Of a stretch of DNA of 64,000 nt, positions 38,800-50,321 are shown in pieces. Every line of letters starts with the position of its first letter. Position 1 is the first letter of the stretch. A model generated the notes under the pieces. It saw only the letters and a list, made by a program, of their open reading frames with translations, did no database searches and was not told the origin of the DNA. Position numbers and translations under genes: made by a program. This stretch comes from Tubulanus polymorphus (lineage: Eukaryota; Animalia; Nemertea): assembly GCF_964204645.1 (NCBI RefSeq), contig NC_134025.1, positions 12,028,001-12,092,000 on the forward strand, given 5' to 3'.

Positions 38800-41700
38800 A
38801 TGGCGGCCGTCACTCCTGTCAGAGTTGCAGTCGAGGCGGTTTTAGAGCATCAAATCCAAGAAGTGACGCTCGATGGACACGAAATATATGTCCAGTAAGT
38901 TAGAATAGTAGTATTTCTTCTGTTCGAATGACGAGTTTATGTTTAAGCCTCTAAAAACGTAGTATTTTTTGCTAAAACTGTCGTACAAAAACGCAAAAGT
39001 TAAGCTACTCCGGTAGATGGCGTTTGTCTTCTTCTTCTTCTTTAGAATAATGTGGAGGACCCATAGTTGGGTATTGTCCCACAGCGTTTGACAGCGATGC
39101 TCGGACTGGATATCAGTTAGGTTAAAATTCAAATATGTACAGTTAAAACGGTGTAGGTTGTGTAGGCATCTATTTGGAGCTCCACTCCCGGAGGAGCGCA
39201 GCTTTGAATGCATCTGCTGAGGACGCAGCACATATCTCTTCTGGTACACTATTCCATAGACGGATAGTTGACGGGAAAAAGGAGTGAAGCTTCACGTTGG
39301 TCCTCGTATGATGTACCATCAGTCTATGTGCTACTCTTGTGCCTCGTCTTGCTGGTGTGATGATGCTGTCGTCCACCTTAATGTCGATAGGTCCGTTGAT
39401 GATTTTGTACATCATCGTGGCCTTGTTGACATTTCTGCGAGTCTGAAGAGATTCAAGATCGAGGCGTTGGACTAATTCTGTGGCGCTTGAAGAACGACTG
39501 AAATCACGATTGATTCTTCTGGCAGCACGACGTTGAGTCATCTCAAGTTCGTTGATGAGCTTTGTTTGGTATGGGCTCCAGACTGTAGAGGCATATTCAA
39601 CGATGGGTCGAGTGAGCGTCTTGTAACACTGAATGTGAGCTTGAGTTGGGCAGCCTTTCAGGTTCCTGTAGACGAAGGCACTCGCTCTGTTGGCTTTTGC
39701 TGCTATTGCTTGTATGTGATCACCCCAGGTTAAGTTCTTGTTGAATACTAGCCCAAGGTATTTAGCCTTGTCAACTTGGTCTAGGGGTTGACCGTGCAGA
39801 TGGTACGTGGCTACAATTGGTTTCTTGCGCTGTGTAATGGTGATGGAATGGCATTTCTTGACATTGAACCCCATTTGCCATTGTTTCTCCCATTCACCCA
39901 GTTTGGTGAGGTCGTCTTGGAGGCGTTCAGTGTCTGACAGAGTTTTAATTTGTTCGTACAGTATCGTGTCATCAGCAAACAGACGTACTACGCATTGGGT
40001 ATCATTTCCCAAATCATTGATGTAGATCAAAAACAATGTAGGTCCAAGTACCGAGCCTTGTGGCACACCTGACGTCACAGGTCCAATATCAGAGTATTTA
40101 CTTTCTACTAGCACCTGTTGAGTTCTATTGGACAGGAAGTTCTCGATCCATGTCAATGTTCTGCCGCGTATGCCATAGTAGTTGAGCTTTACACCGAGGC
40201 GCAGATGGGGCACCTTATCAAATGCCTTCGAGAAGTCCAATAATATGGCATCTGTTTGTAGACCAGAGTCAATAGTTGTGCTAAAATCATCGGTTGTAAG
40301 AATCAGTTGAGTCTCGCAGGAGCGGTTTTTACGGAAACCGTGTTGCCCATCGGTGAGAATTTGGTGAGTCTCAAGGTGTTTTGTTATTTCGCTCCTGATG
40401 ATGTGTTCAAGCAACTTGGAGCATATTGATGTAAGTGAGATTGGTCGATAGTTTACTGGTTGACTCCTATCACCTGCTTTAAAGATTGGCTGCACAAAGG
40501 CGTGTTTCCAAATTTCTGGTATTTCACCGGTACGTAACGATTCGTTGAACAGTAGGCAGACGGCCGGAGCTATTTCTTGCGCTACGGCTTGAAGGATACG
40601 ACCTGGAATATTGTCTGGTCCACATGCTTTTCTTGGGTTGATTTTCTTCAACAGGCAGTATACCCCATGATTGGATACTTGTATATCCGGCATCGGTGGG
40701 TAGGGGCTTTCTCCAAGTGATGGAAAGTTTGAGGTATCTTCTTTTGTGAAGACTGAGCAGAACTGATTATTCAATATGTTGCTCTTCGTTGAACTATCAC
40801 TGAAGGTAATGCCACCGCTTGTAAGAGGAGCGACACCAGTCATGTCAGTTTTTCTGCTTTTTATGTATTTCCATATGCGCTTAGAGCTGCTATCACTGCT
40901 GAGCATTTCTGCAATGTACTTGTGGTAAGCAGACCGATTTGCCTTCCTGGTTTCGCGTTTTAGTCTACGATATCGTTCCTTTGATCGTTTTGATTTGGAT
41001 TTGGCTTTTTTCCAAGCTCTGGCTTTACGACGGGAAAGCTTTTTGAGTTCGTGATTTATCCATGGTTGGTGGAATTTTGTCGATGTAGTCGTCGTTGGAA
41101 CATGATCTTTTTGAATTTTGAGTAGGTGATTTTGCAGTTCTATCCACTTGGTATTGATTGGTGCTTCTGAGGTCGAATGACGAGTGCAGAAGTCATGTGT
41201 GAATCTAGCGGTGTCTGTTCTCATTTCGTCGAATTTGGCTTTTTTCCATACGCTGACTGTACGAGGTATCGGTCGTGCTCTCGTTGGGCGGATACGGCTG
41301 TCAACGAGTAGGATGTCGTGGTCACTAAGTCCAGGTAGGACTTCACACCGCGTCACTAGACCTGGTTTGTTTGATAGGAAAATCTCGAGGATGGAATCAC
41401 CTCTGGTGGGTTGGTTATTCACTTGCTGCAGTCCGAGGTTGTCAATTTTGTCGAGAAAGAGCTCGTTTACAGATTTCTTGTACTGATTTCCGACGATGCA
41501 GGTATCTTCCCAGTTGATGTCTGGTAAGTTGAAATCGCCACCGCACCAGTAAGTGGATGGTTTAGAATTAGAGGTTGTAGCGTCTAGGACTTTACAGATG
41601 GCGTCCATCTGTTCGTCGCTTGATTGTGAGGGTGTTCGGTATACCGAGCCGACGATGATTGGTTCGTTTTTACAGTCGGTTTCTAAGCGGACAAATACTG

Positions 41701-44700
41701 CCTCTGATGTGGTGTTTATCTGGATCTCCTGTGAGATTAATAGTTTTTTGATCGCCACAAGGACGCCGCCATGTTCATCATGCCTGTCCTTGCGGTAGAC
41801 GTCGTAACCTTCCGGGAAAATTTCGGCGTTATGTATCTCTGGCTTTAACCAGGTTTCAGAACCGAGGATTATGTCAGGATCAGTGCACGTGATTAGATTC
41901 CAAAGTTCGGCTTTTTTTGGGCGGATGCTCTGAAAGTTGATCACTAGTGTTCGCGTCGTCGCGTTGCATTTCACCGCTACTGGGTTTCGCGAAGAGGTGT
42001 CACATGACGATGATGGGCTATGCAAGTTTGAAAAGCTATCCTGGGTTTCAAGTCTATTTTGTGTTCCTCTAGGCATTATCGGTGACGAGGCATGTATTGG
42101 TGTACCCAAATGCTGCGACGAGGTGTTACCATCAGTGTCAAGAGACGAGGTCCTCGATATGTCAAGAAGTGATGGGTGGCTGATATTTAACGATTCAGCC
42201 GCTGTAGTTGTGAAGAGAGTTGATGAAAAGTTCGGTGTACCGCATATGTAACATGTCCACAATGAGGTGGACGTCTCAAGTTCATATAGCCGGTCAGACA
42301 TGCCAACACAGTTTGTGTGGAACCATAGGTTACATATGTCGCAAGCAATCCCTTTCTGCGTCCATTGCACTGCCTTCGTGCACACTCCGCACGGGTATTT
42401 TTGTGTACGTGGGCCAGGATTGGGTTGAATATCGTGTGCTATCATCAGCATAAGCAGGACGACTACTCCTGTGTGCCACCATTGTGTAGGTTGCCACCTA
42501 ATAATGTCGATATATGTGTAGAAGAATGGGAATGGCATATTTTTGTTTTTAAGTTGTCCAATATGGCCGACTTCCGGTTTTCGACATTTTCCACAGGTTG
42601 GTAATCAGGTTGATTTAACTTGATTAAAACTAGCCTTCAAAGTTCTTAGTAGCTGGATAGTCCATGTCCAGTATCCTGAAGCTTTTATGAATGGTTTTTG
42701 TGCAATTATAGTTAGTCCAATAACGTTTTTAAAGGTATTTTTCGCGAAATTTTCGGTCACGAAGGTTGAGAGGTGTTATCCAGTCCGCGCATCGCGTTTG
42801 TATCGTTCCGTTTCACATCTTATCTATCTTACATTTGATGGATGGATAATACAAGTATCCCTGTATTTAAAAAAGAAAAAGGGAGTCAACTGAAATCGAC
42901 TACTGTAAATTACCTTTCCACTTCAATTGACTGCATTCCCGAATTTTCAACCAATTTATACGAAATAAGCAAACTAGCTAGGCCTAGATTATAGGCCTAG
43001 AAGACTTTCCAACAACAACAAGCCTATTATAACTATTTCATAGTGAAATCGCTGTTTTCCTAAACAAATAGGCGAAAATAACCTAGCACGGCAAATGATC
43101 TGACGTAACCTACTAGTGCGTGCATTCAGTCTTATCTAGTGATAATATTATTGTGCATCATTTGATGTATAGTTTGCCTGAAACGGACAAGAGTTCACCT
43201 TAATGTGCGAAGACATTCATTTACATACCTCTGTGATGATAGTACCGGTAACTTTAATTCACAATTTTGTCCATTTGTAGAAATTTTTCATTTAAGGTAT
43301 GATTTCTACTTAAGTAAAAAAGCGTTGCAATGACTTTGAAGCTGTCAGATGTTTTGTAGCCTATTGTGATTTTTCAAAAAGGGGCTTCATTGCTGCTGTA
43401 TTTCACCATGGATGCTGTATTTCACCATGGATGAATGCTTAGTCCATGTGTATACTGACGAATTGAATAATTTCTTTCAAACATAGGCCGCTGTCTATGT
43501 CAGATAATCTGACAAAACTAGCGCATACAATCGATTTCTACAAGGATGAAAGTGCTGAGAAAGGCAAGCCTACGTCGGAGGGAGCTAAAGAAGTGGAAGA
43601 TGACAAGGCATTGGCTACATTTCAACCGTCACTTTGGCCCTGGGATTCTGTGCGAAATAAAATCAAGTGAGTGCTAATTGTAAAGCACCGCATGAAATTG
43701 TGCAGATCGTAGGAATTGAGAAGATATTTATCTACATATTCAGTTTCAACTACAGTTTCAGCTTTTGAGTTGATGGAAATTAATTGATTATTAATGGAAT
43801 CACTAACTTAAACATGAAACGACTTTGCTGCAAACTACACAGGATAATTCCTGTTCCTGTCGACATATCTCTTAACTTTTGAATGGCACAATTACTGACT
43901 GGCTAGTAGTAGACTAGAACAAATATTTCTTCATCCTTAATACACATTGGCCAATTGAACAATGACTGACTATGCTATTAGAAAGCTATATTGCCAACTA
44001 CTAGATAAGGAGTAGGGGTAGAAAAGGATAGTGGTGTCGGCTCCCCTTTTCAAGACAACATTAGAAGCACAACTTGATACTGAAATGTTTTAGTTGAATG
44101 CAATGTGTACAAAGGCTTTTACCTTGTGTCTGAGCAAAAAAGTGTATTTACAATATTTCAGGGCATCGTTGACAGAAGTCAGTGTTCTTTTGGACGTCAT
44201 AAATGTAGCGAGGGAGAAAAAATACATGGTCCTCGATCCAGTGCAATCGGATCCACCTGATGCAAAAACTGCTGTGCAGATGATCGGCAAGAAAAAGGTA
44301 ACCGTATCATCTGAATTTTAGTTATTAATTTCTTTTTTCGCTCCGTATCAAAGCAGCCCGGCACTGATCCTAACAAAAAGGGAATGGCCACCAGAAAGCT
44401 GTGTTGTGTGTATTTGTTGACAAGAGAAATTAAATCATTTGTCCTATGTACCTTGGATTTTTTGTCGGAGGCAGGTACTAACTTTGACCTCAGATGATAT
44501 CTCTAGATTTCATTGTCAGTGCAGTAATGATTTCCAGAGGGTGCTGAATAGCATCTATCATTCTACCAGGTTTGCATGGTTTGCCCGTGTCCGTCATTAT
44601 TTTCATCTGTGAATATTTTGTAATCGCAATCAATTGCAAACATGTAGTCCATGACGTGTTCTATGTTTGCAGGGAGCTTCAACGTCATTGTTTTCTGTAG

Positions 44701-47700
44701 GGATGATTAAATTAGTACGTGAGCACGTACTTTGCCGATTTGCGTGGTACATAGGCATTCGCTAAAGGCTCCAGAAATATTCTATATCGATCCATCGTCA
44801 ATGTTACCTCAGTGTCTCCAAGCGACCTTGACATATTCGACTAGTAGACGAAAGAAATATATGATTCATAAAGTCTTTATTGATGATGTAGCAATAACTC
44901 CAGTTATGAGTTATAATGGTTTAACAACAACAATCACACTGAATGTGGAGTATTGTGCATACACTGTTGTTCATGACCCTAACCCCTTCTGTATGAAACT
45001 ATAGGCATTCTGATGAGGATTTTCAAATCCCCTCCCTCCTAACCTGTGCGTATGTTCTAATTGAATGACCCCGTATTGAAGAGGCTGATTGAATATCGAA
45101 ATCGTCAAGCATTTCAGTATTACTTTTTAAGCGTTGGAGGTGTAGTCACTGTTCGACGGTCATCATTTTCCTGATATTTTTTTAATTCAAGAGTTTGAGC
45201 GCGGCTTCTGGAATACTGGCAAGCGGGGCAGATCGGTTGAAAAAGTCCCAATTAGAAATAAGCGCAAATCGAGGACAACAACAAGACTTTCACAGTGAAT
45301 TGGTTCGCCTGCGTCAGAATTGGAGATTGAAACGGGTCGGTAACACTATTCTCGGCGACCTTAGTTACAGATCTGGTAAGTTTACCTGCGTGGGCAATAT
45401 CGGGAGGGTCTTCCCAAATCTTTCTCGGGCATATTTATTAGAAAAGGGCAATTCTCGTGAAATTATCGCAGTTTTGGCTTATGCTTTTTGAAAGTGACCG
45501 GACAACTGAAACATTCATACCTATGCTTCTTATCCGTGCAGCTGGATCACGTTATCTTCACAATGGTATATTCGAAGTGCGTAAAGGAGAGGAATCGTCC
45601 GAAGGAAATGAATCCAACAGTCAGTCGGCTTCGAAAAGTTCTTTGCAAGTGTTGATTCCCAGTGAATTAGAGGGAGTTTCCTACATACAAGTTGCCATCA
45701 AGAAGGTTCAAGGTAAAATTAGATCAGGATTTTTAGCCCACTTGATGTAGACACAATCTATTTTTTTGTTCGTTTATAAAACGCTGGTCGTAATATTTGA
45801 TTTGTATGTATCTTCCGTAGATGCATCTTACGGTAACAAATTTGTCCAATTTGTTACAGAAAGATACATTCTGGTCTTTTCTGTGTAGATAAATTTTTCT
45901 GGTCTTTTCCGTGATTGTATTTTATTCCGGTAACATTGCTTTACAGAATCACAGGATGTAGCAAGTGCGATGCTCAAGATACCGACAAACTTAGAAAGCT
46001 CTGTGCCCTCGGATGCCTCATGGCAACATAAACTGGAATCGGCACAAAATGTCATATTTTGTAAAGAATTGTTTGCGCAGGTTTGTTTTCTAGGGTGCTT
46101 CATTGGTTGCTCTCACCATGCATAAAGCACACCCTCCCTAGCTGTGATTTGAACCTGATGGCATAGCAAAATTTTGCCCTGGTACAAATCCCTTCCAAAT
46201 GGTAGAATGGGCATGCAGTTAATCATGCGTAACCAATCTGTTGCATATAATTTGATCTACTCTAATTAATTGCGAATTTATGTCTAAATTGAATAAGGCC
46301 AGTGATTGGCTAGTGATGATGATTCATGAAAATTGTTTCTGTATTTAGAATTTCTCTCTCTAGCTGGCCAGAGAAGCAGTTCAGTTGAAGTCGCCAATAC
46401 CACATGTTGTCATCGGCAAACAAATCATCTCAAACGTACGTATTAGTGTTTTTCTTGCTAAACCATCCTAAAGCTATAAACCTAGTTGATATTGTTGCGA
46501 GGAAAATGTTCCATGTGTTTGTTTATTATTGCCTCGCGTAGTAAATCATCAAATGAATAAGCAGTCGCACTTGGTTATTGGTTTCTTTGTATGTTCACCA
46601 GGGGGCATTGACTAATGCTGAGCTACTTATATCTGTGCTGGAATAGTTTTGTGGGATTATGTTTTACCTTGGCCAATAGTTTTGATGTGCACTTGGCACA
46701 AAATGGTATTCCAATCCCTAAGTTTGCTTCTACTTTTTCAGCTGTTTCCGGGTGTCCAGTTATCAATAGCGTTGTGTCATTACACGGGTAAAGACAAAAA
46801 GGTATGTTACATCATTCAGTGAAGTCTTATGAAATTATGTTCCTAACTCGAGAGAAATTTTGTCGAATGTACAGATACACCAGAGTACAGGTTTTAAGAA
46901 ATTAGCCAGTCTGGATAATTTATAATTTGTTGTAGGATAGAAATCAGCTTCGCCTGGTCCATGGTACTGGCCTTGAATGATTTTCATTACATTTATCTCA
47001 TACCTTTCTTTCCTATTTATTTGTTCAGTCGCAAGGTATTCAACAGAGACCGGACCACAACCACGTGCTGGAGCATTCGTTACACCAATTACTACGTGAA
47101 GTTCACTATAAGAACATACATCACCCGATGCCTCATCCAGTCACCGCTACATTGGGTGTTAGCAAACGAAGACGTTTGGCTGGACCTTGCGCTCTTAGCA
47201 GACAAGAGCTAGTCGAAATGATGCAGAAGTAAGAGACCACAGGTTTCATTTTCCAGTTCTTTGGCTCCTTTAACCCTTTTTGCGAGTAATAAGATAATAC
47301 GAAATACGATAATGCGGTTATTTCGAATTTCAGCAGGGCGTAGACTATTGACTCCTAGTTATAGTCAATAAAAGGGAAAGGGAGGTAAAACTGGAAAATG
47401 TTTTAATTTATGAAACAAAACGTATCGAAGTCTTTTATTACTGTGTATCTGAATCAAAGATGCTGTGTGGTCAGCCCTTGTTCACTGTTTATCAAATTGA
47501 ATATATTTTTCAGTCAAACCCTATTGGAGCAGATAATTGACCAAGCCAAGCACACTGTACTTCGACAAAGGTAAATGATAAATGCTACTCTACGATAAAT
47601 GCTCCTGATGCTGGGGGGCTGGTGATTAGGGTTCGGAAAAAAGTGTCTTCATCTGCCTTTCAATTTCCCTCTTAAATCTTTTGAATCATTCTTGAACAAC

Positions 47701-50321
47701 AGTTTACTGTGATATAGAATATTTTAATTTTTTCTAGCTCTAGTCCTACCGGGTGGGGCCTGTATTTCTAAGAGCCGCTACTACTAGAAATCCTTATCAG
47801 ACCATTACCAAGTTTGATATGAATATTCTGTGGGCCAGCACCTACTAAGTTACATGTCTGGGGCCATACGAAGAGATGTTTACAAAGACATGAAGAATAA
47901 TGAAGTTAACAAAACACAGCGAAGTTATGTCGGCTGATAATTGGCTGCTTTTTTCTGTGCCTGTAATGAATAAATGTACACATTTCTAACGCAGAACAAT
48001 GAACCTATTGGATGAAATTGCCACTATAACACCTGATCCACTTATCTCAAACCACTGGAACAGTCTCAGTTCCGCGCTAGAATCTACGGTGAAAGTTAAC
48101 ATAACGTCCCAAGGTTACGATATCGTAAGGTATGTTATCAGTTATAGTGTCTTCGTATTAGCAGTTTTCAACATTTTAAACAATTGAGTATGCTTGTTTT
48201 TTCCAGATCCAGAATTGCCTTGCACATCGGTATTGACAGTATTAAAGCAGTATGTAAAGATGGTAGAACCATACATATGTCATATGAAGAAGTTGAGCTT
48301 CGAGATTTGATATTACAACAGGTAACATTTAGATTTATTCATGGCGTTGCTTCGCCAAACATAACCCACTGCTGTGATCGCTAACTATCAGCACTAGCTG
48401 TAGATGATTAATTATCTTTTGCATTAGGAATAATCTTGTAGTTGGCAGCAGCAAGTGTAAATGTATAGAATAATCTTATTGTCAAATTACTAAAGTAGAC
48501 TTCGTTCAAGTTCAAAGATCTTTTGTGTCCGACTTGAGTGATATCTGAGTTCGATGTTAATTGGCATGTATTTTCACAAAAAATATTTCAACAAACATCC
48601 GAGTTGAACGGTTATCTGAGTTGATCGGATCCGACTTGGGCAAAGTCTACTGTGTAAGATAATCAGAACTTTGAAACAAGTAAAGAGAAAAAGAAAATGA
48701 CGTTGACAATATTACTCCAACTTCAATGGCTCTTAATACAGAATATAAAATGCATGCGCAGAACTGAAGCCTCTTTGGAAACCTATATCAGAAATGTACG
48801 AAATATTCTGGACAAAGTGGGTTGGGTTAACTAGTATCTAAATACATTCTCCACTGGGTTAAGTCATCATCGGATAAGTCATAAGTCATTACATTACTGC
48901 CGTAATTACTATACTAAGTCCCAATTTGTATATCTAATTTAATTCACTAAGTCTTTAAGTCCTCATTTGGATGAATCCTCAAACTAAATTGTCGTTCCAA
49001 CTATGAAGATTGAAATGAAACTCTTCCGTAAAAATGGGAGCAAGACATTCCCTTCGTAATTACAGCGTCTCACCATGTCATCGAAAATAAGTTTATTACA
49101 ACAAAATTTAGGGAAGACCATGGGCGTGCTAGATCGAACGAATTTATGAGCAACTGGCCCTGACTGACTGGTAACCTAGAACATGGGTACCAATTATGGC
49201 GCCGCATGACTTCCATTTTGTATTTGTTTTCTCTTCAGATTGCCCAGCATCAAATAACAGTTTTACACAATCTCTCAAAGATGATGAGCTGGCAGATTCT
49301 TTCGATCAATTTCCATACGGGAGTCGGTGAACTGGAGCCTCTCGGAAATGCTTCCACAGTCATGATGGCGTCGCCAACGGGAGACAGGTAAATTCATGAA
49401 TATCTCCGCAATCATTTCGTTACCAGTCAATTTGCAAAAGCCGCCCATTTACAGTGTAAAAAGAATCGGTGCTGTGAGAACCATTATACCGGGGTTTTGA
49501 CTGTACTCATTGAAAAAATTAAACACCAATAGCAATGAGACCAAGTCCACAAATAATGCATTACGTTATTCTCTATGGAAACTTCAGAATGTACTACCAT
49601 ATTTTCCGGCTAATAAGCCGATTTTCTAGCCTCAGATTTGTACCCCAAAATATCATGATCAGCTTATATTGGACAATCTGACCTAAACAAATCACACTCC
49701 GATCTGCGCCACTCTAATCCTCCCAAAGATCGTCAAAATCAAGAAGAGTGGTCCATATTTATTTGAGGTCATTATTTACTACCAATAATCTATTATGAAC
49801 TATTTTGTTACTTTGTTTCACCAACTCACAGCAGCAATGTAGTACATTTGTATATCTTTAAAGGGATGCCCTCCAGAATTCAGGAAAATTCTGACCAGAG
49901 ATTTCCGCAGAAAATCTGTCTTCAGGAAATTTTTCTGCATTAGGCAGAATACGCAAGAAATCCTCTGGAAATTTCTGCCTTATGAAATTTTCAGATAAAC
50001 TTTGTTTTTCATGAAACTGGGTCCTGTTATTACAGAATATACGTAGGCTAGAATATGTCGTAGTAAATAAATACATGCATGCATATTGTATTTTTCAGAG
50101 TCTTAGCAATTCGCAGCGGTCCTGCTAGTGGAATACAAATCGCATTGCAATCATGTCCGAAGACGACCGGAGAAGCAAACAATGTGTCGCTGCTGAACAC
50201 GTCGAAGTGGAACTGTCTGGGATCGGCATTTAAAACGATCAACTTACAAGAAATGAAGGGAAATACGTTTGTTAGTAAAATTGAACTGTTACTGGCAAGT
50301 CTGACGAAAGTGGGCAGATAA
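38800..50321 (+). CDS. MED17: Mediator of RNA polymerase II transcription subunit 17, ~636 aa, 14 exons
   Basis: Exons 38800-38894, 43487-43666, 44162-44297, 45192-45375, 45542-45712, 45947-46080, 46364-46435, 46742-46801, 47029-47228, 47514-47570, 47995-48129, 48207-48321, 49239-49387, 50099-50321 sum to 1911 nt. The translation [49 protein letters not shown]...[11 protein letters not shown]...[33 protein letters not shown]...[26 protein letters not shown]...[13 protein letters not shown] matches MED17. Confidence 0.93.
39028..42793 (-). mobile_element. Intact APE-type non-LTR retrotransposon (CR1/L2 group), antisense in MED17 intron 1
   Basis: An 8-bp direct repeat GCGTTTGT at 39020-39027 and 42794-42801 (TSD) flanks the element. 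Minus-strand (GAA)n tail at ~39028-39041, 3'-UTR stem-loop at 39051-39083, one uninterrupted 1122-aa ORF and a ~255-nt 5' leader. Confidence 0.92.
39170..42538 (-). CDS. Retrotransposon ORF: 2A-like leader + PHD finger + APE endonuclease + reverse transcriptase (1122 aa)
   Basis: DIQPNPGP at aa 36-43 and a C4HC3 PHD at aa 50-99. Endonuclease motifs INFQSI, GSETWL, YRKDR...GGV, GDFN, LSDH. RT motifs [51 protein letters not shown]. Confidence 0.95.
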   Translation of the reverse strand: MPFPFFYTYIDIIRWQPTQWWHTGVVVLLMLMIAHDIQPNPGPRTQKYPCGVCTKAVQWTQKGIACDICNLWFHTNCVGMSDRLYELETSTSLWTCYICGTPNFSSTLFTTTAAESLNISHPSLLDISRTSSLDTDGNTSSQHLGTPIHASSPIMPRGTQNRLETQDSFSNLHSPSSSCDTSSRNPVAVKCNATTRTLVINFQSIRPKKAELWNLITCTDPDIILGSETWLKPEIHNAEIFPEGYDVYRKDRHDEHGGVLVAIKKLLISQEIQINTTSEAVFVRLETDCKNEPIIVGSVYRTPSQSSDEQMDAICKVLDATTSNSKPSTYWCGGDFNLPDINWEDTCIVGNQYKKSVNELFLDKIDNLGLQQVNNQPTRGDSILEIFLSNKPGLVTRCEVLPGLSDHDILLVDSRIRPTRARPIPRTVSVWKKAKFDEMRTDTARFTHDFCTRHSTSEAPINTKWIELQNHLLKIQKDHVPTTTTSTKFHQPWINHELKKLSRRKARAWKKAKSKSKRSKERYRRLKRETRKANRSAYHKYIAEMLSSDSSSKRIWKYIKSRKTDMTGVAPLTSGGITFSDSSTKSNILNNQFCSVFTKEDTSNFPSLGESPYPPMPDIQVSNHGVYCLLKKINPRKACGPDNIPGRILQAVAQEIAPAVCLLFNESLRTGEIPEIWKHAFVQPIFKAGDRSQPVNYRPISLTSICSKLLEHIIRSEITKHLETHQILTDGQHGFRKNRSCETQLILTTDDFSTTIDSGLQTDAILLDFSKAFDKVPHLRLGVKLNYYGIRGRTLTWIENFLSNRTQQVLVESKYSDIGPVTSGVPQGSVLGPTLFLIYINDLGNDTQCVVRLFADDTILYEQIKTLSDTERLQDDLTKLGEWEKQWQMGFNVKKCHSITITQRKKPIVATYHLHGQPLDQVDKAKYLGLVFNKNLTWGDHIQAIAAKANRASAFVYRNLKGCPTQAHIQCYKTLTRPIVEYASTVWSPYQTKLINELEMTQRRAARRINRDFSRSSSATELVQRLDLESLQTRRNVNKATMMYKIINGPIDIKVDDSIITPARRGTRVAHRLMVHHTRTNVKLHSFFPSTIRLWNSVPEEICAASSADAFKAALLREWSSK
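48494..48652. mobile_element. pogo/Tigger-like MITE
   Basis: AGTAGACTTCG ... CAAAGTCTACTG inverted ends and internal TCCGACTTG/TCTGAGTT repeats. Confidence 0.5.
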
